Source of the DNA: an archaeon | Lineage (GTDB): Archaea > Micrarchaeota > Micrarchaeia > Norongarragalinales > UBA97 | Direction of reading: 5' to 3' | Assembly (NCBI GenBank): GCA_020057405.1 | Contig: JAGVFW010000003.1 | Span: 141,893 to 205,892, forward strand | DNA: 64,000 bases | In this document: piece after piece, positions 1 through 9,438 of the stretch | How positions within the stretch are numbered: the stretch's first letter is position 1 | How the letters are laid out: the number at the start of each line of letters is the position of its first letter | Program-made: the position numbers and the translations under genes | The notes under the pieces: generated by a model | Seen by the model: the letters and a program-made list of their open reading frames with translations, nothing else | The model's database searches: none | What the model was told of the DNA's origin: nothing

Positions 1-194
1 TTGACTAGTTCGAGGCCCGTATATCTCGTGCTTGCGGATACGAAGGCGCCCTTGTACTCGCTTTCCTCCAGTAGCTCTACAAACTCGTCGAGCGTTCGCA
101 CGTCCATGAGCTCGCGCATGCGGTCGGGGTCAAAAAGCTTGCTCTTCATTGCTTTTAGCCGCGCGTTTGCATACGAGAAGGAAAGGTCAGCCAT
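1..194 (-). CDS. atpC: A/V-type ATP synthase subunit C, N-terminal part (runs off the window edge)
   Basis: Manual translation from ATG at 194: MADLSFSYANARLKAMKSKLFDPDRMRELMD. The YANARxxAMKSKL motif is typical of AhaC/NtpC, and the gene follows subunit E. Confidence 0.88.
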   Translation of the reverse strand, partial: MADLSFSYANARLKAMKSKLFDPDRMRELMDVRTLDEFVELLEESEYKGAFVSASTRYTGLELV

Positions 195-915
195 TGGCGC
201 GCCTCTTGCTGCCCTTAGCGGGCTTCTTTGCCTTGCCGGCTTTCGCCTTGGCGGGCGTTGTCTTGAGTGTTTTTGCGGCCGCCGGCTTCTTGACCGCTTT
301 TGCGGCCTTTGCCTTGCTTTGCGCAATGACTTGCTGCTTTCGCCGCTCTCCAAAGAGCTCGCCGTAGGCAACGCGCTTTAGCTCGACTGCATATTGCTCA
401 AGGAGGCTCTCGAAAGTGTAGCTTGCGCGCACGCGGCCGCCTGCGTCCTGGGCCACCATGCCCCCTGTGCAGTCAAGTGCTTTTGTCTTTCCGAACTTGG
501 CTGCCATGGACAAGTCTTCCTTGCGGCAGTAAATCACGGCGTCGCCGCCGAGTTCGGCAACCGCGTTTTTCGCCAGCTTGTTAAAGAGTTTCTCGTAGAG
601 CTTGCGCTTTTCCCCGGCTTTTGCCGACGCGAGTTCTGCAAGCCGCTTTTGCAGCCTGCCCATCGCGGCCTGGATGACGCGCTCGCGCTCTTCAGCCATC
701 ACGCGCTTTGCTTTCAGGCGCGCGCTTGAGACTTTTCGCGCTTCGTCAACAGCTAGGGCCGCGCCCTCGACTTTGGCTGCCTCGACGATTGCGTTAGACT
801 CATTGACTGCCTGCGTGAGGACTTCCTTGGCAGACTCGTGGGCTGAGGCTAGCACGCGCTTTTCTTCTTCGGCTGCGCTGTGGCGGAGTTCCTTTACAAG
901 CTCTTCGAGGCCCAT
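187..915 (-). CDS. atpE: A/V-type ATP synthase subunit E with a Lys/Ala-rich C-terminal tail
   Basis: MGLEEL start, N-terminal coiled coil, GG-x-V...GRVRASYTFESLL motif; operon position. Confidence 0.88.
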   Translation of the reverse strand: MGLEELVKELRHSAAEEEKRVLASAHESAKEVLTQAVNESNAIVEAAKVEGAALAVDEARKVSSARLKAKRVMAEERERVIQAAMGRLQKRLAELASAKAGEKRKLYEKLFNKLAKNAVAELGGDAVIYCRKEDLSMAAKFGKTKALDCTGGMVAQDAGGRVRASYTFESLLEQYAVELKRVAYGELFGERRKQQVIAQSKAKAAKAVKKPAAAKTLKTTPAKAKAGKAKKPAKGSKRRANG

Positions 916-942
916 TGGTTGCTCAAATCTCCAGTCTTTCTT

Positions 943-1173
943 TTACTTCGCGCCGGATATGATGAGAAAGGCGACGACGAAGCCGAGGATGACGAGCGTT
1001 TCGGGAATTGCGAGGAACAGCAGCACAGAGCCTTCCTTGCCTTCCTTCTCCGCCATCAGGCCCATGCCTGCAGAACCGATTGCCGCTTGCGCGTAACCGG
1101 TGGCCAGGGCTGAAATGCCCAATGCGAGGCCTGCGCCGAGAGCGGCCAAACCGATACCAAGTCCTTCAACCAT
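943..1173 (-). CDS. atpK: A/V-type ATP synthase proteolipid subunit K/c (single hairpin)
   Basis: Two TM helices, GYAQAAIG and IPETLVILGF with the catalytic Glu; GAGGTG SD before ATG at 1173. Confidence 0.93.
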   Translation of the reverse strand: MVEGLGIGLAALGAGLALGISALATGYAQAAIGSAGMGLMAEKEGKEGSVLLFLAIPETLVILGFVVAFLIISGAK

Positions 1174-1184
1174 TTCTTCCACCT

Positions 1185-3077
1185 CTAACGTGATTTGCTT
1201 AAGTTGTTCGTGTTACGCAGCGGGGCGAATGCCGCCCCGCCCCCGTGATAGAATTTCGAGAAGAACTCCACGTACTGGAGACGAAGGGATTGGATTCCGC
1301 TCTCGAAAAGGCCGAGGACGAGAGCCATGCCCTGGGCGACGATGAAGAGTGCGGCAAACGCTATGAAGGTCGCCAAGGCGGTTAGGAATGCGACTAGCTC
1401 AAAGCCAGCGGAAACGCTTGCCGAAAGCGTGGAGAATGCCGTGCCGACGGGAATCTGGTTGATGATTTGCGCCAGGATGACGCCGCTCATGCCAAGGGCC
1501 ATGAGACGAAGGTATGACATGACGTTTGAGAGTAGGCTCGGGATTTCGACAACGGCCGGCACGCCTTCGAGGCGGTAGAGCGAGACTACCGCAATCAAGG
1601 CGATTGCGCCAAAAACTAGAGTAAGGGCAGGGTTGATGACGCCGACTTGCGTCAAAACGACGAGTACGAGGGACCACATGAGTGCGAGCCACGAGAGCTT
1701 GGCGTAGGCGTGCTTGCGGTCATGGTTCCAGTTGACGTAGACGCCGATGAGATAGCCGACGGTTAAGTGGATGACGCCGGCCGCAAGCGAGATGACCATC
1801 AGCGTGTTGACGCCCTCGGCGTTGCGCTCAAGCAGCCGCGGCAATGGCGTGCCGAAGATTGATTCGGCGCCGAAGAACTCGCCGTAGATGATGCCGAAGA
1901 AAATCGTCGAGACTGCGCTAAGGAACAGCATGCCGCCGATGTCTTTTAGGAACTCCGCCTTGGCTTTGAGACGAAGGTAGATGGCCATGATCACGGCGAG
2001 TGCGCCGTAGCCGATGTCGCCTAAAATCATGCCGAAGAAAATGGGGAAGGCGACGCCGATGAAGAGGGTCGGGTCGACTTCGCCGCTTTGCGGCAGGGAG
2101 AAGAAGCGCACGAGGAACTCGAAGCGGCGGATGAGGGGCGGGTTGGAAAGCATTGTTGGCGGCTGCTCGCGAACGCCGATGCGCTCGACCATCACCTTTT
2201 CGCCAGTTGCATCAGACATATCAGCCTGCATTTTGGCGAAGACTTTTTCGGGAACCCAGCCTTCGATGATTTCTACGAACGTTGAGCGGCCGAACTTGTT
2301 GGGCAACTCCGCCTTTTTGGCGTGCTCCTCAAGCTGAGTGCGCACGCGCGTGATTTGCTTGCCGTGCTTCGTTGCAAACTCTGCGAGGAACTCGGACTGC
2401 GTCTTTTGCTTCGCCTTGACGCTCTCGAGATCTGCCTTTGCCGCATCAAAGGCGGCCTGAAACGAGGCTGCAGTGGCTTTCGGCGCGGTCAGGCGGGTGC
2501 CGTGCTTTGCGAGTTCGCGCTCGGTGTCGCCGGCTTTTCGCGAGTCAACCGCGACTAGAGCGTAGTCGGCGTTGCCGTGCCTTAGCATTGCGGCGTCAAG
2601 GCGCAGCTTGCCTGCGGCGACGAGAAACTCTTTTGCATTGGAGGGCTTGAAGTAGAGAAGCGTTGCGCGATTGGTTGCGTCAAAGAGCTTGGGGTTAAGG
2701 GGCACTGCGGTAAACGGCTCGAGTTCGCGGGCGCGGCTTGCAAGCGACGACTGTTCCGAGCGCAGTTCTGAGAGCTTCTTTTCCGCCTCTGAAACGCCGG
2801 TGAGCTCAGCTTCGAGCTCGTGCGCTTCCTTTAGGAGGATATGGGCGGGAGCGAGTTCCTCAAAGGCGGCAGTTTCCTTGAGGCCGAGTGACTTTTCTGC
2901 TGCGCGAAGCGCGATGAGTGATTTTGAGAATTCCTCGAATGACGGCATTGGCAGGTCGGGAGTGCCCTGGCGCGAGCGCGTGATTTGGATTGCGCCGAAT
3001 TCGTAGAGCGCGTCTACTGCCTTCTCCGTGCTTGACCTTGAGCACACGACGCGCACTTTCACCATTTTTTCAATCAT
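1185..3077 (-). CDS. atpI: A/V-type ATP synthase subunit I/a
   Basis: EGWVP, PPTxLxNP, DPT, FFGMILGDIGYG, SYLRLMALG and LRLQYVEFFSKFY motifs. Confidence 0.96.
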   Translation of the reverse strand: MIEKMVKVRVVCSRSSTEKAVDALYEFGAIQITRSRQGTPDLPMPSFEEFSKSLIALRAAEKSLGLKETAAFEELAPAHILLKEAHELEAELTGVSEAEKKLSELRSEQSSLASRARELEPFTAVPLNPKLFDATNRATLLYFKPSNAKEFLVAAGKLRLDAAMLRHGNADYALVAVDSRKAGDTERELAKHGTRLTAPKATAASFQAAFDAAKADLESVKAKQKTQSEFLAEFATKHGKQITRVRTQLEEHAKKAELPNKFGRSTFVEIIEGWVPEKVFAKMQADMSDATGEKVMVERIGVREQPPTMLSNPPLIRRFEFLVRFFSLPQSGEVDPTLFIGVAFPIFFGMILGDIGYGALAVIMAIYLRLKAKAEFLKDIGGMLFLSAVSTIFFGIIYGEFFGAESIFGTPLPRLLERNAEGVNTLMVISLAAGVIHLTVGYLIGVYVNWNHDRKHAYAKLSWLALMWSLVLVVLTQVGVINPALTLVFGAIALIAVVSLYRLEGVPAVVEIPSLLSNVMSYLRLMALGMSGVILAQIINQIPVGTAFSTLSASVSAGFELVAFLTALATFIAFAALFIVAQGMALVLGLFESGIQSLRLQYVEFFSKFYHGGGAAFAPLRNTNNLSKSR

Positions 3078-3439
3078 TTGGTTTCCTCGATGAGGGTCGA
3101 AAGCATTTTTGCGCTCGTTGGCTCGACTTTGGTCATTGCGACTTTGCGCATCTTCTCGGCGTCGAGCTGCGCGCGCTCGACGATTTTCTTTGCCTCGGCA
3201 AGCGTCTTTGCCTCGGCTACCTTAAGGAGGGCGGTCTTCTCGTCAACCGCTTTCTTGCGGGCGGAGGCTATGATGTCCTGGGCTTTTGCGCGGGCTTGGG
3301 CGAGCAGCTCGGCGGCCTTGGCCTTGGCCGCTTCAATGCGCTCCTGGGCTGCCTTCTCTTCCGCCATGAGGGCTTCCATTCCCTTGCTTATGCCCTCTAC
3401 TCCAGTAGAAAGCGAATGAACGTGGCCGTCGCTACTCAT
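3074..3439 (-). CDS. atpH: A-type ATP synthase subunit H/G (peripheral stalk); start uncertain
   Basis: Small A/E/K-rich coiled coil, first gene of the atp operon, overlaps the atpI start. Confidence 0.75.
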   Translation of the reverse strand: MSSDGHVHSLSTGVEGISKGMEALMAEEKAAQERIEAAKAKAAELLAQARAKAQDIIASARKKAVDEKTALLKVAEAKTLAEAKKIVERAQLDAEKMRKVAMTKVEPTSAKMLSTLIEETK

Positions 3440-3779
3440 TTTCAATCACCGTACAAAATCGTATAGAGGGTGGGGCCCCCAACTGGGCCTCGCACAGCGT
3501 CGCGTGCAACGAGGTCCTTCAAATGCCCCCAACTCCCAAAACTTTATGATAAAAAAAAAGAACAAAGGAATGTTATTGCCGCACGTATTTAAGCCATGCG
3601 GTGCCACTGCCCCTTCAAAGAAGGTCGGCGGCGGACTCGACAAAGTGTTTCGTCGCCTCTGCAGCGTCAAAGGCCATCTGGAAGATTTCCATTATCATTG
3701 ACAATCACCAATTGACCTAATAAAGTGGGAAAAGCATTTATTGGTTGCGTCTTTCGTAGTGTGGGAGGGGGGAAAGGAA

Positions 3780-4982
3780 ATGGAGGCGGCAAAGCGGCTA
3801 GACGGCATCACTTACGCCATTCGCGACGTCATCGCGGCATCCCAGGAGCTCGAGAAGCAGGGCCGCACCATACTCAAACTCAACATAGGGGACCCCAACG
3901 CCTACGACTTTGACACGCCCGACTACGTGAAAAAGGCGCTCCATGAGGCAATCGAGAGCAAGCTCAACGGCTATGCCGACTCGCAGGGCTTCCTGCGCCT
4001 GAGGCAAGCGATTGTGGCGCAGAACCATAGGCGCGGCTTTGACTCAACTACTGAAAACGTAGTTGTCTCAAGCGGGCTTTCGGAGGCAGTGAACTTCACT
4101 TACGCCAGCCTGCTTAACCCCGGCGACGAAGTCATGTCGCCTTCACCCACCTACCCGCAGTACGAGGCGCTGGCTAAATTCTATGGCGCGAAGAACACCT
4201 ACTACGAGCTAGTCGAGGAAAACGGGTTTCTGCCCGACGTTGACGACTTAAGGAAGCACGTCACGGCCAAGACGAAGGCGATTGTCTTAATCAATCCAAA
4301 CAATCCGACTGGCAGCCTCTTGCCTGAAAAGGAAGTCAGGAAACTGCTTGACTTTGCGGGCGAGCACGGACTCGTCGTGATGGCGGACGAGATTTACAGC
4401 GAAATGGTCTTCGACGAAACTGCCGTTGCCGCAGCATCGCTTTCAAAAGACGTGCCCATTATTGCGATGAACGGCCTGTCGAAAAACTTTTTGGCACCCG
4501 GATGGCGCATGGGCTGGGTGACGTTCTGCAACTTTCCGGACGACAACGTGAAAAAGGCGTTCATCCAGTTGTGCCGCCTGAGGCTAAGCGCGTCATACCC
4601 GGTAGAGTATGCTTCGGCTGTTGCGCTTGAGAACACTGGCGAGTACGAGCCTGCGAAGAGACAGATGCTTGAGAAACTTCGCCGCCGGCGCGACTTGGCA
4701 TTCAAGAGGCTAAATGAGATTCCGGGCATTTCGTGCGTGAAGCCGGGCGGCGCGTTCTACGCGTTTCCGCAAATCCACGACGAAAAGAACGTCTTTGCGG
4801 ATGACAAGCAGTTTGTCTACGATTTGCTTGCCGAGCACGGAGTGCTGACGGTTTTTGGAAGCGGGTTTGCGGAAAAGCCGGGCAGCAAGCACTTCCGCAT
4901 CGTCTTTCTACCGCCCGAAGAGACTCTTGAAAAGGCATTCGGCGAGATAGAAAAGTTCATGAGAAAAAGGGGGTTTGCATAA
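3780..4982 (+). CDS. Class I/II PLP-dependent aminotransferase (AlaA/AlaT-like)
   Basis: LNIGDP, NPNNPTG, DEIY, NGLSKNFLAPGWRMGW (PLP Lys), PGGAFY motifs. Confidence 0.92.
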   Translation: MEAAKRLDGITYAIRDVIAASQELEKQGRTILKLNIGDPNAYDFDTPDYVKKALHEAIESKLNGYADSQGFLRLRQAIVAQNHRRGFDSTTENVVVSSGLSEAVNFTYASLLNPGDEVMSPSPTYPQYEALAKFYGAKNTYYELVEENGFLPDVDDLRKHVTAKTKAIVLINPNNPTGSLLPEKEVRKLLDFAGEHGLVVMADEIYSEMVFDETAVAAASLSKDVPIIAMNGLSKNFLAPGWRMGWVTFCNFPDDNVKKAFIQLCRLRLSASYPVEYASAVALENTGEYEPAKRQMLEKLRRRRDLAFKRLNEIPGISCVKPGGAFYAFPQIHDEKNVFADDKQFVYDLLAEHGVLTVFGSGFAEKPGSKHFRIVFLPPEETLEKAFGEIEKFMRKRGFA

Positions 4983-5184
4983 ACCCGGTTGGAAAATATT
5001 CGGTAGTGGCGATTGCAACAAAGCCGGCGCTAATGCCGCATTAGCCCGTTTTCATTACATATACAATTATAGTGCGAAATTCCGACAAAGTAATAAATAG
5101 CGGCGTGCGGTAAAGGGTATTCGCTGATTTTTTGCCGGCTTTATTCGGCTAGCTTCGTTTCATTTAATTTGGGGTGGGGTTTGG

Positions 5185-7155
5185 ATGGTTCTTTTGGCTG
5201 CAACGCAGATCGCTTTTGCCGTAGGCGTGTTCGTACTCTTATTCGCCGCTTATCTTGTCTGGAGCATCCTTCGGTTGCCTGCTGGCAGCGCCAAAATGCA
5301 GGAAATCGCCGCCGCAATCCGCGAGGGTGCCGGCGCCTATCTCATGCGCCAGTACACCACGCTCATCCCGTTCGTCATCGTCCTTGCGGGGCTCATTTGG
5401 TTTCTCGTCGGCAGCCCGACGGCAATCGCTTTTGTCGGGGGCGTAATCTGCAGCACACTTGCAGGCTACATCGGCATGACAATCAGCGTGCGCGCCAATG
5501 TACGGACCGCGCAGGCGGCCTTTGGAGGCATCGGACCCGCGCTTAAGACCGCAAGCCGCGGGGGCGCTGTCACCGGCATGGCACTCACGGGCCTTGGCCT
5601 CATTGGCGTTTCAACGGTTTACTACTTCACCCAAGACTTGGGCGCGCTTGTGGGCTTCGGCTTTGGCGCGTCGCTTATTTCGCTTTTCGCCCGCGTTGGC
5701 GGGGGCATTTACACCAAAGCCGCTGATGTCGGCGCTGACCTCGTCGGCAAGTTGGAGAAGGGAATTCCCGAGGACGATCCCAGAAACCCGGCAGTAATTG
5801 CTGATAACGTGGGCGACAACGTCGGGGATTGCGCGGGCATGGCTGCTGACCTCTTCGAGTCCTACGTCGTCACCGTCATCGCCGCAATGCTGCTTGGCGC
5901 TGCAATCTCGCCTTGGCTGGTTGCACTGCCGTTAGTCATTGCTGCAATCGGGGCGCTCGCGGGCATGTTCGGCGTGTTCTTCATAACGCTAAAGCATGGC
6001 ACGAATGTGATGGGCGCACTTTACAAGGGCGTTTACGCAACTGCGGCTTTTGCCCTGGTCGGCCTGTGGTCGATTCCGATGGGGCTCGAGCTTTACCTCG
6101 CCTCGGCGGTTGGCGTCTTGGCGACTGTTGCAATATTCTACATCACCGAGTATTACACTGGAAAGCAGTTTGCGCCAGTTCAGGAAATCGCTTCGGCCTC
6201 GAAAACGGGCGCCGCGACGAACCTTATTGCAGGACTTGCAGTCGGCCTTGAGAGCACTGCCCTGCCGCTGCTCTTGATTGTTGCCGCAATCGCGATTTCA
6301 TTCAAGCTCGGCGGCGTCTACGGCATTGCGGTTGCCGCGGCGTCAATGCTTTCGCTTACGGGTATCGTCATCACACTTGACGCCTACGGCCCGATTACCG
6401 ACAACGCCGGCGGCATTGCCCAAATGAGCAAGGCGCCAGAAAAGGTGAGGAAGGTAACCGACGCGCTTGACTCGGTTGGCAACACGACGAAGGCGACGAC
6501 GAAGGGCTTTGCAATTGCAGGAGCGGCCTTGGGCGCGCTCGCGCTGTTTGCGGCCTTTGCCGAGGCAACGCACCTTACGACAGTCAACCTGCTTTCGCCC
6601 GCAGTTGTCATCGGATTGTTCATTGGCGCGGCGCTTCCGTTTGTCTTCAGCTCGTTTATCATGCGCGCTGTTGGCAGGGCGGCTTTCGAGATTGTCGAGG
6701 AAGTGCGCAGGCAGTTCCGCGAGATTAAGGGAATCATGAAAGGGACTGCAAAGCCCGACTACGCAAAGGCGGTTGACATCAGCACTCGCGCGGCACTGCG
6801 CGAACTCATGGTGCCCGGAGCGCTCGCGGTCGTCACCCCGCTGCTTGTCGGCCTTCTCTTTGGCGCTCAAGCGCTTGCGGGCCTTCTTGCGGGCTCGATT
6901 GCAACCGGATTTCTCATGGCGCTATTCATGAGCACCTCAGGCGGCGCCTGGGACAATGCCAAGAAGCTAATTGAGGACGGCAAATGGGGCGGGAAAGGCA
7001 GCGATGCGCACAAGGCCGCGGTTGTCGGAGACACTGTCGGCGACCCGTTCAAGGACAGCGCGGGCCCGTCGCTAAACGCGCTTATCAAGGTGCTCAACAC
7101 CGTATCACTCGTGTTCGCAAGCGCGGTGCTTGTCTACGCACTAAATCTTTTGTAG
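5185..7155 (+). CDS. hppA: Membrane-bound H+-translocating pyrophosphatase, K+-independent type
   Basis: GGGIYTKAADVGADLVGK, DNVGDNVGD, GGAWDNAKK motifs; GNTTKA is the K+-independent signature. Confidence 0.95.
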   Translation: MVLLAATQIAFAVGVFVLLFAAYLVWSILRLPAGSAKMQEIAAAIREGAGAYLMRQYTTLIPFVIVLAGLIWFLVGSPTAIAFVGGVICSTLAGYIGMTISVRANVRTAQAAFGGIGPALKTASRGGAVTGMALTGLGLIGVSTVYYFTQDLGALVGFGFGASLISLFARVGGGIYTKAADVGADLVGKLEKGIPEDDPRNPAVIADNVGDNVGDCAGMAADLFESYVVTVIAAMLLGAAISPWLVALPLVIAAIGALAGMFGVFFITLKHGTNVMGALYKGVYATAAFALVGLWSIPMGLELYLASAVGVLATVAIFYITEYYTGKQFAPVQEIASASKTGAATNLIAGLAVGLESTALPLLLIVAAIAISFKLGGVYGIAVAAASMLSLTGIVITLDAYGPITDNAGGIAQMSKAPEKVRKVTDALDSVGNTTKATTKGFAIAGAALGALALFAAFAEATHLTTVNLLSPAVVIGLFIGAALPFVFSSFIMRAVGRAAFEIVEEVRRQFREIKGIMKGTAKPDYAKAVDISTRAALRELMVPGALAVVTPLLVGLLFGAQALAGLLAGSIATGFLMALFMSTSGGAWDNAKKLIEDGKWGGKGSDAHKAAVVGDTVGDPFKDSAGPSLNALIKVLNTVSLVFASAVLVYALNLL

Positions 7156-7165
7156 GTGGAAACAA

Positions 7166-7762
7166 ATGGCTGGCAAGAACTCGAACGGAATGTTTGGTGG
7201 CATCAGCAAGACCTGGTTGGCAGTAGGTGGTGTTGCGCTAATAGTCATCATCGGCGTGCTTTGGTGGATGGGCACTTACAACGCGCTTGTTGCTAAAGAC
7301 GAGGGCGTGGCGGGCCAGTGGGGCAATGTCCAGGCATCCTACCAACGCAGGTTTGACTTGATTCCTAACCTCGTTAACACGGCGAAGGGCATCATGAATG
7401 CCGAAGTTGCCTTGTTCGAGGAGTTTGCCAAGGCGCGGCAGGCGTACGCGGCTGCAGGCAGCGTGAACGACCAAGTCAAGGCTACAAACCAGCTGGAATC
7501 GACGATTTCGAAGTTCCTTTTCGTGTCGGAAAATTATCCCGAACTCAAATCGCAAGAGAACTTCCTTGAGCTGCAAGCCGAACTTGCGGGAACTGAAAAC
7601 CGCATCAGCGTAGAGCGCATGCGCTTCAATGACGCCGTCAGGGACTACAATGCCTTCAAGCGCAGCTTCCCGGCGAACTTCATTGCAGGCGGCTTCCCCG
7701 ACTACGAGTACTTCGAGTCAAAGGCGGGCGCTGACTCGGCACCGACCGTGACCTTCCCATGA
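7166..7762 (+). CDS. lemA: LemA family protein
   Basis: N-terminal TM, YQRRFDLIPNLV, ENYPELK, ENRISVERMRFN. Confidence 0.93.
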   Translation: MAGKNSNGMFGGISKTWLAVGGVALIVIIGVLWWMGTYNALVAKDEGVAGQWGNVQASYQRRFDLIPNLVNTAKGIMNAEVALFEEFAKARQAYAAAGSVNDQVKATNQLESTISKFLFVSENYPELKSQENFLELQAELAGTENRISVERMRFNDAVRDYNAFKRSFPANFIAGGFPDYEYFESKAGADSAPTVTFP

Positions 7763-8694
7763 AAACGGCCATAGCGGCTGTTTTCCTCCTTCTTCTTTTC
7801 TCCTTCTCCTTAGCGGAGTCAGTAGACTCGCTCGCCCCAACTGGTTTTGTCAACGACTTTGCGGGCGTACTCTTGCCCAACGAAAGCGCAGCGCTTGAGC
7901 AAAAGCTTTCCGAATACGAGAAGAACTCGTCGAATGAAGTTACAGTTGTCATTGTCAACAACATGGGTGGCGACTACGTCGAGCACTATGCCGTGACTCT
8001 CTTCGAGAAGTGGGGCATTGGGAAAGAGAAGCAGGACAATGGCGTGCTCTTGCTCTTCTCCATGGAAGAGAGGGAAGTGCGCTTCGAGGTCGGCTATGGC
8101 CTTGAAGGGATGGTGACTGACGGGCGGGCCAAGCGCATCATCGAAGCACGCGTAGTGCCTAACTTCAAAAACGGCGGCTATTACACCGGCATTGATTCCG
8201 CTGTTGACCAAGTGATTTATTTTGCCGGAGGTGGTGAGGAGCAAATTACTCCGTTGCCAGCGTGGCAGAGCGCTATCGTGGGCGCCTGGATTTTGCTTTT
8301 GCCTTTTGCTTTCGTCGGAATTTTCGCCGGCATTGCCGCGCTTGCCTACATAGGCCACAAGAACAAGGGCAAGCTACCGACACGGGGCTCGCGAATCTCG
8401 GCAGCAATAGCGGCCCTCGGAGGCAACTTGCTCATCGTCCCGATGCTGGCGATTCTGCTTTTTGAAGTGAGCTTCATCCTCTCGATACTGCTTGCGGTTG
8501 CAAGCCTCATTTCAATCTACCTCGCGTGGAAGTGGGGCGGCGCTGGCGTCAAGGGCGGCTCAAGCGGAGGCGGCTATTGGGGCGGTGGCTTTGGCGGAAT
8601 GGGCGGCGGATTCGGCGGCGGTTCTTCCAGCGGAGGCTTTGGCGGGTTCGGCGGCGGCATGAGTGGCGGTGGCGGCGCCGGCGGAAGATGGTAG
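7759..8694 (+). CDS. TPM-domain membrane protein with Gly-rich tail (YgcG-like)
   Basis: VNDFAGVL, WGIGKEKQDNGVLLL, EVGYGLEG; GGFGGFGGGMSGGGGAGGRW tail; paired with lemA. Confidence 0.92.
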   Translation: MKTAIAAVFLLLLFSFSLAESVDSLAPTGFVNDFAGVLLPNESAALEQKLSEYEKNSSNEVTVVIVNNMGGDYVEHYAVTLFEKWGIGKEKQDNGVLLLFSMEEREVRFEVGYGLEGMVTDGRAKRIIEARVVPNFKNGGYYTGIDSAVDQVIYFAGGGEEQITPLPAWQSAIVGAWILLLPFAFVGIFAGIAALAYIGHKNKGKLPTRGSRISAAIAALGGNLLIVPMLAILLFEVSFILSILLAVASLISIYLAWKWGGAGVKGGSSGGGYWGGGFGGMGGGFGGGSSSGGFGGFGGGMSGGGGAGGRW

Positions 8695-8695
8695 T

Positions 8696-8947
8696 TCAGT
8701 ATTCCCTATAGACTTCGTCGCGCTTGCCGACTCGCACGAAAATTACGGTGCTTCCTTCTACGCGGTAAATAATACGATAGTGCAGAAAACGCTCGCTGTG
8801 GAAAAGCAGCTTTCCGTGCAGATGCTTTCCAAGAAAAGGGCGTTCCAGAATCCTCTTGATGCGTTTTGCTACAACTTCCTTGACCGAACCGTCAAGCTTT
8901 GCTGCCGTTCCTTTGAATTCATCGGTGTAGAACGGTTCAAACTGCAC
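8696..8947 (-). CDS. RelE/ParE family type II toxin
   Basis: 83 aa, basic; GKHLHG...YRIIYRV...VGKRDEVY RelE pattern; GTG start with GGTGAG SD. Confidence 0.82.
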   Translation of the reverse strand: MQFEPFYTDEFKGTAAKLDGSVKEVVAKRIKRILERPFLGKHLHGKLLFHSERFLHYRIIYRVEGSTVIFVRVGKRDEVYREY

Positions 8948-9045
8948 GTGAGCTCACCACAAAACTATCGAAGACTATAGCACCAATCCTTTCGCCAGTG
9001 GCTTGCCGGATGGTTTTTATAGTAGTTATTAGCATAGTTTTAGTT

Positions 9046-9303
9046 ATGAATATGAACATCAAGCTCATCGGTATTCCGGAACGCATCATCGAGGGCGCAA
9101 TTCACGAGGGTCTGGCAAAGACTAAGACTGACGCGATTACACTTGGCCTCCTTGAGCTTGACCACAAGTACAAGCTTCTTGAAAAGCTCGAGGATGAAGA
9201 AGACATTCGCGAGGCCGACAGGATAATGGCGGAAGTGAAAAGCGGCAAGCAGAAACTCCATTCCCAAAAAGAATTCGAGAAGCAGACTGGAATCAAGTTG
9301 TGA
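9046..9303 (+). CDS. Putative ribbon-helix-helix antitoxin
   Basis: N-terminal beta-strand (MNIKL), helix pair (GLAKTKTDAITLGL), acidic EDEED stretch; adjacent and divergent to the RelE gene. Confidence 0.65.
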   Translation: MNMNIKLIGIPERIIEGAIHEGLAKTKTDAITLGLLELDHKYKLLEKLEDEEDIREADRIMAEVKSGKQKLHSQKEFEKQTGIKL

Positions 9304-9438
9304 GCTTTGGCGCAAACAACCGATGCGGGCGATAGGCTCCCAAACGCAAGGGGTTATAAACCTCTTGGAGGCGTAATTACTTTTGCTCTTTATTTTCTTT
9401 AGCTTTGGCTTGGGATAGGGAAAACGAGGTAAAACAAG

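Noticed and set aside
3446-3701. Short ORFs in the atp/aminotransferase intergenic region
   Set aside because: They span poly-A/T and promoter-like sequence and show no protein motifs.
8550-8690. GGC-rich tandem repeat
   Set aside because: It encodes the normal Gly-rich tail of TPM proteins.
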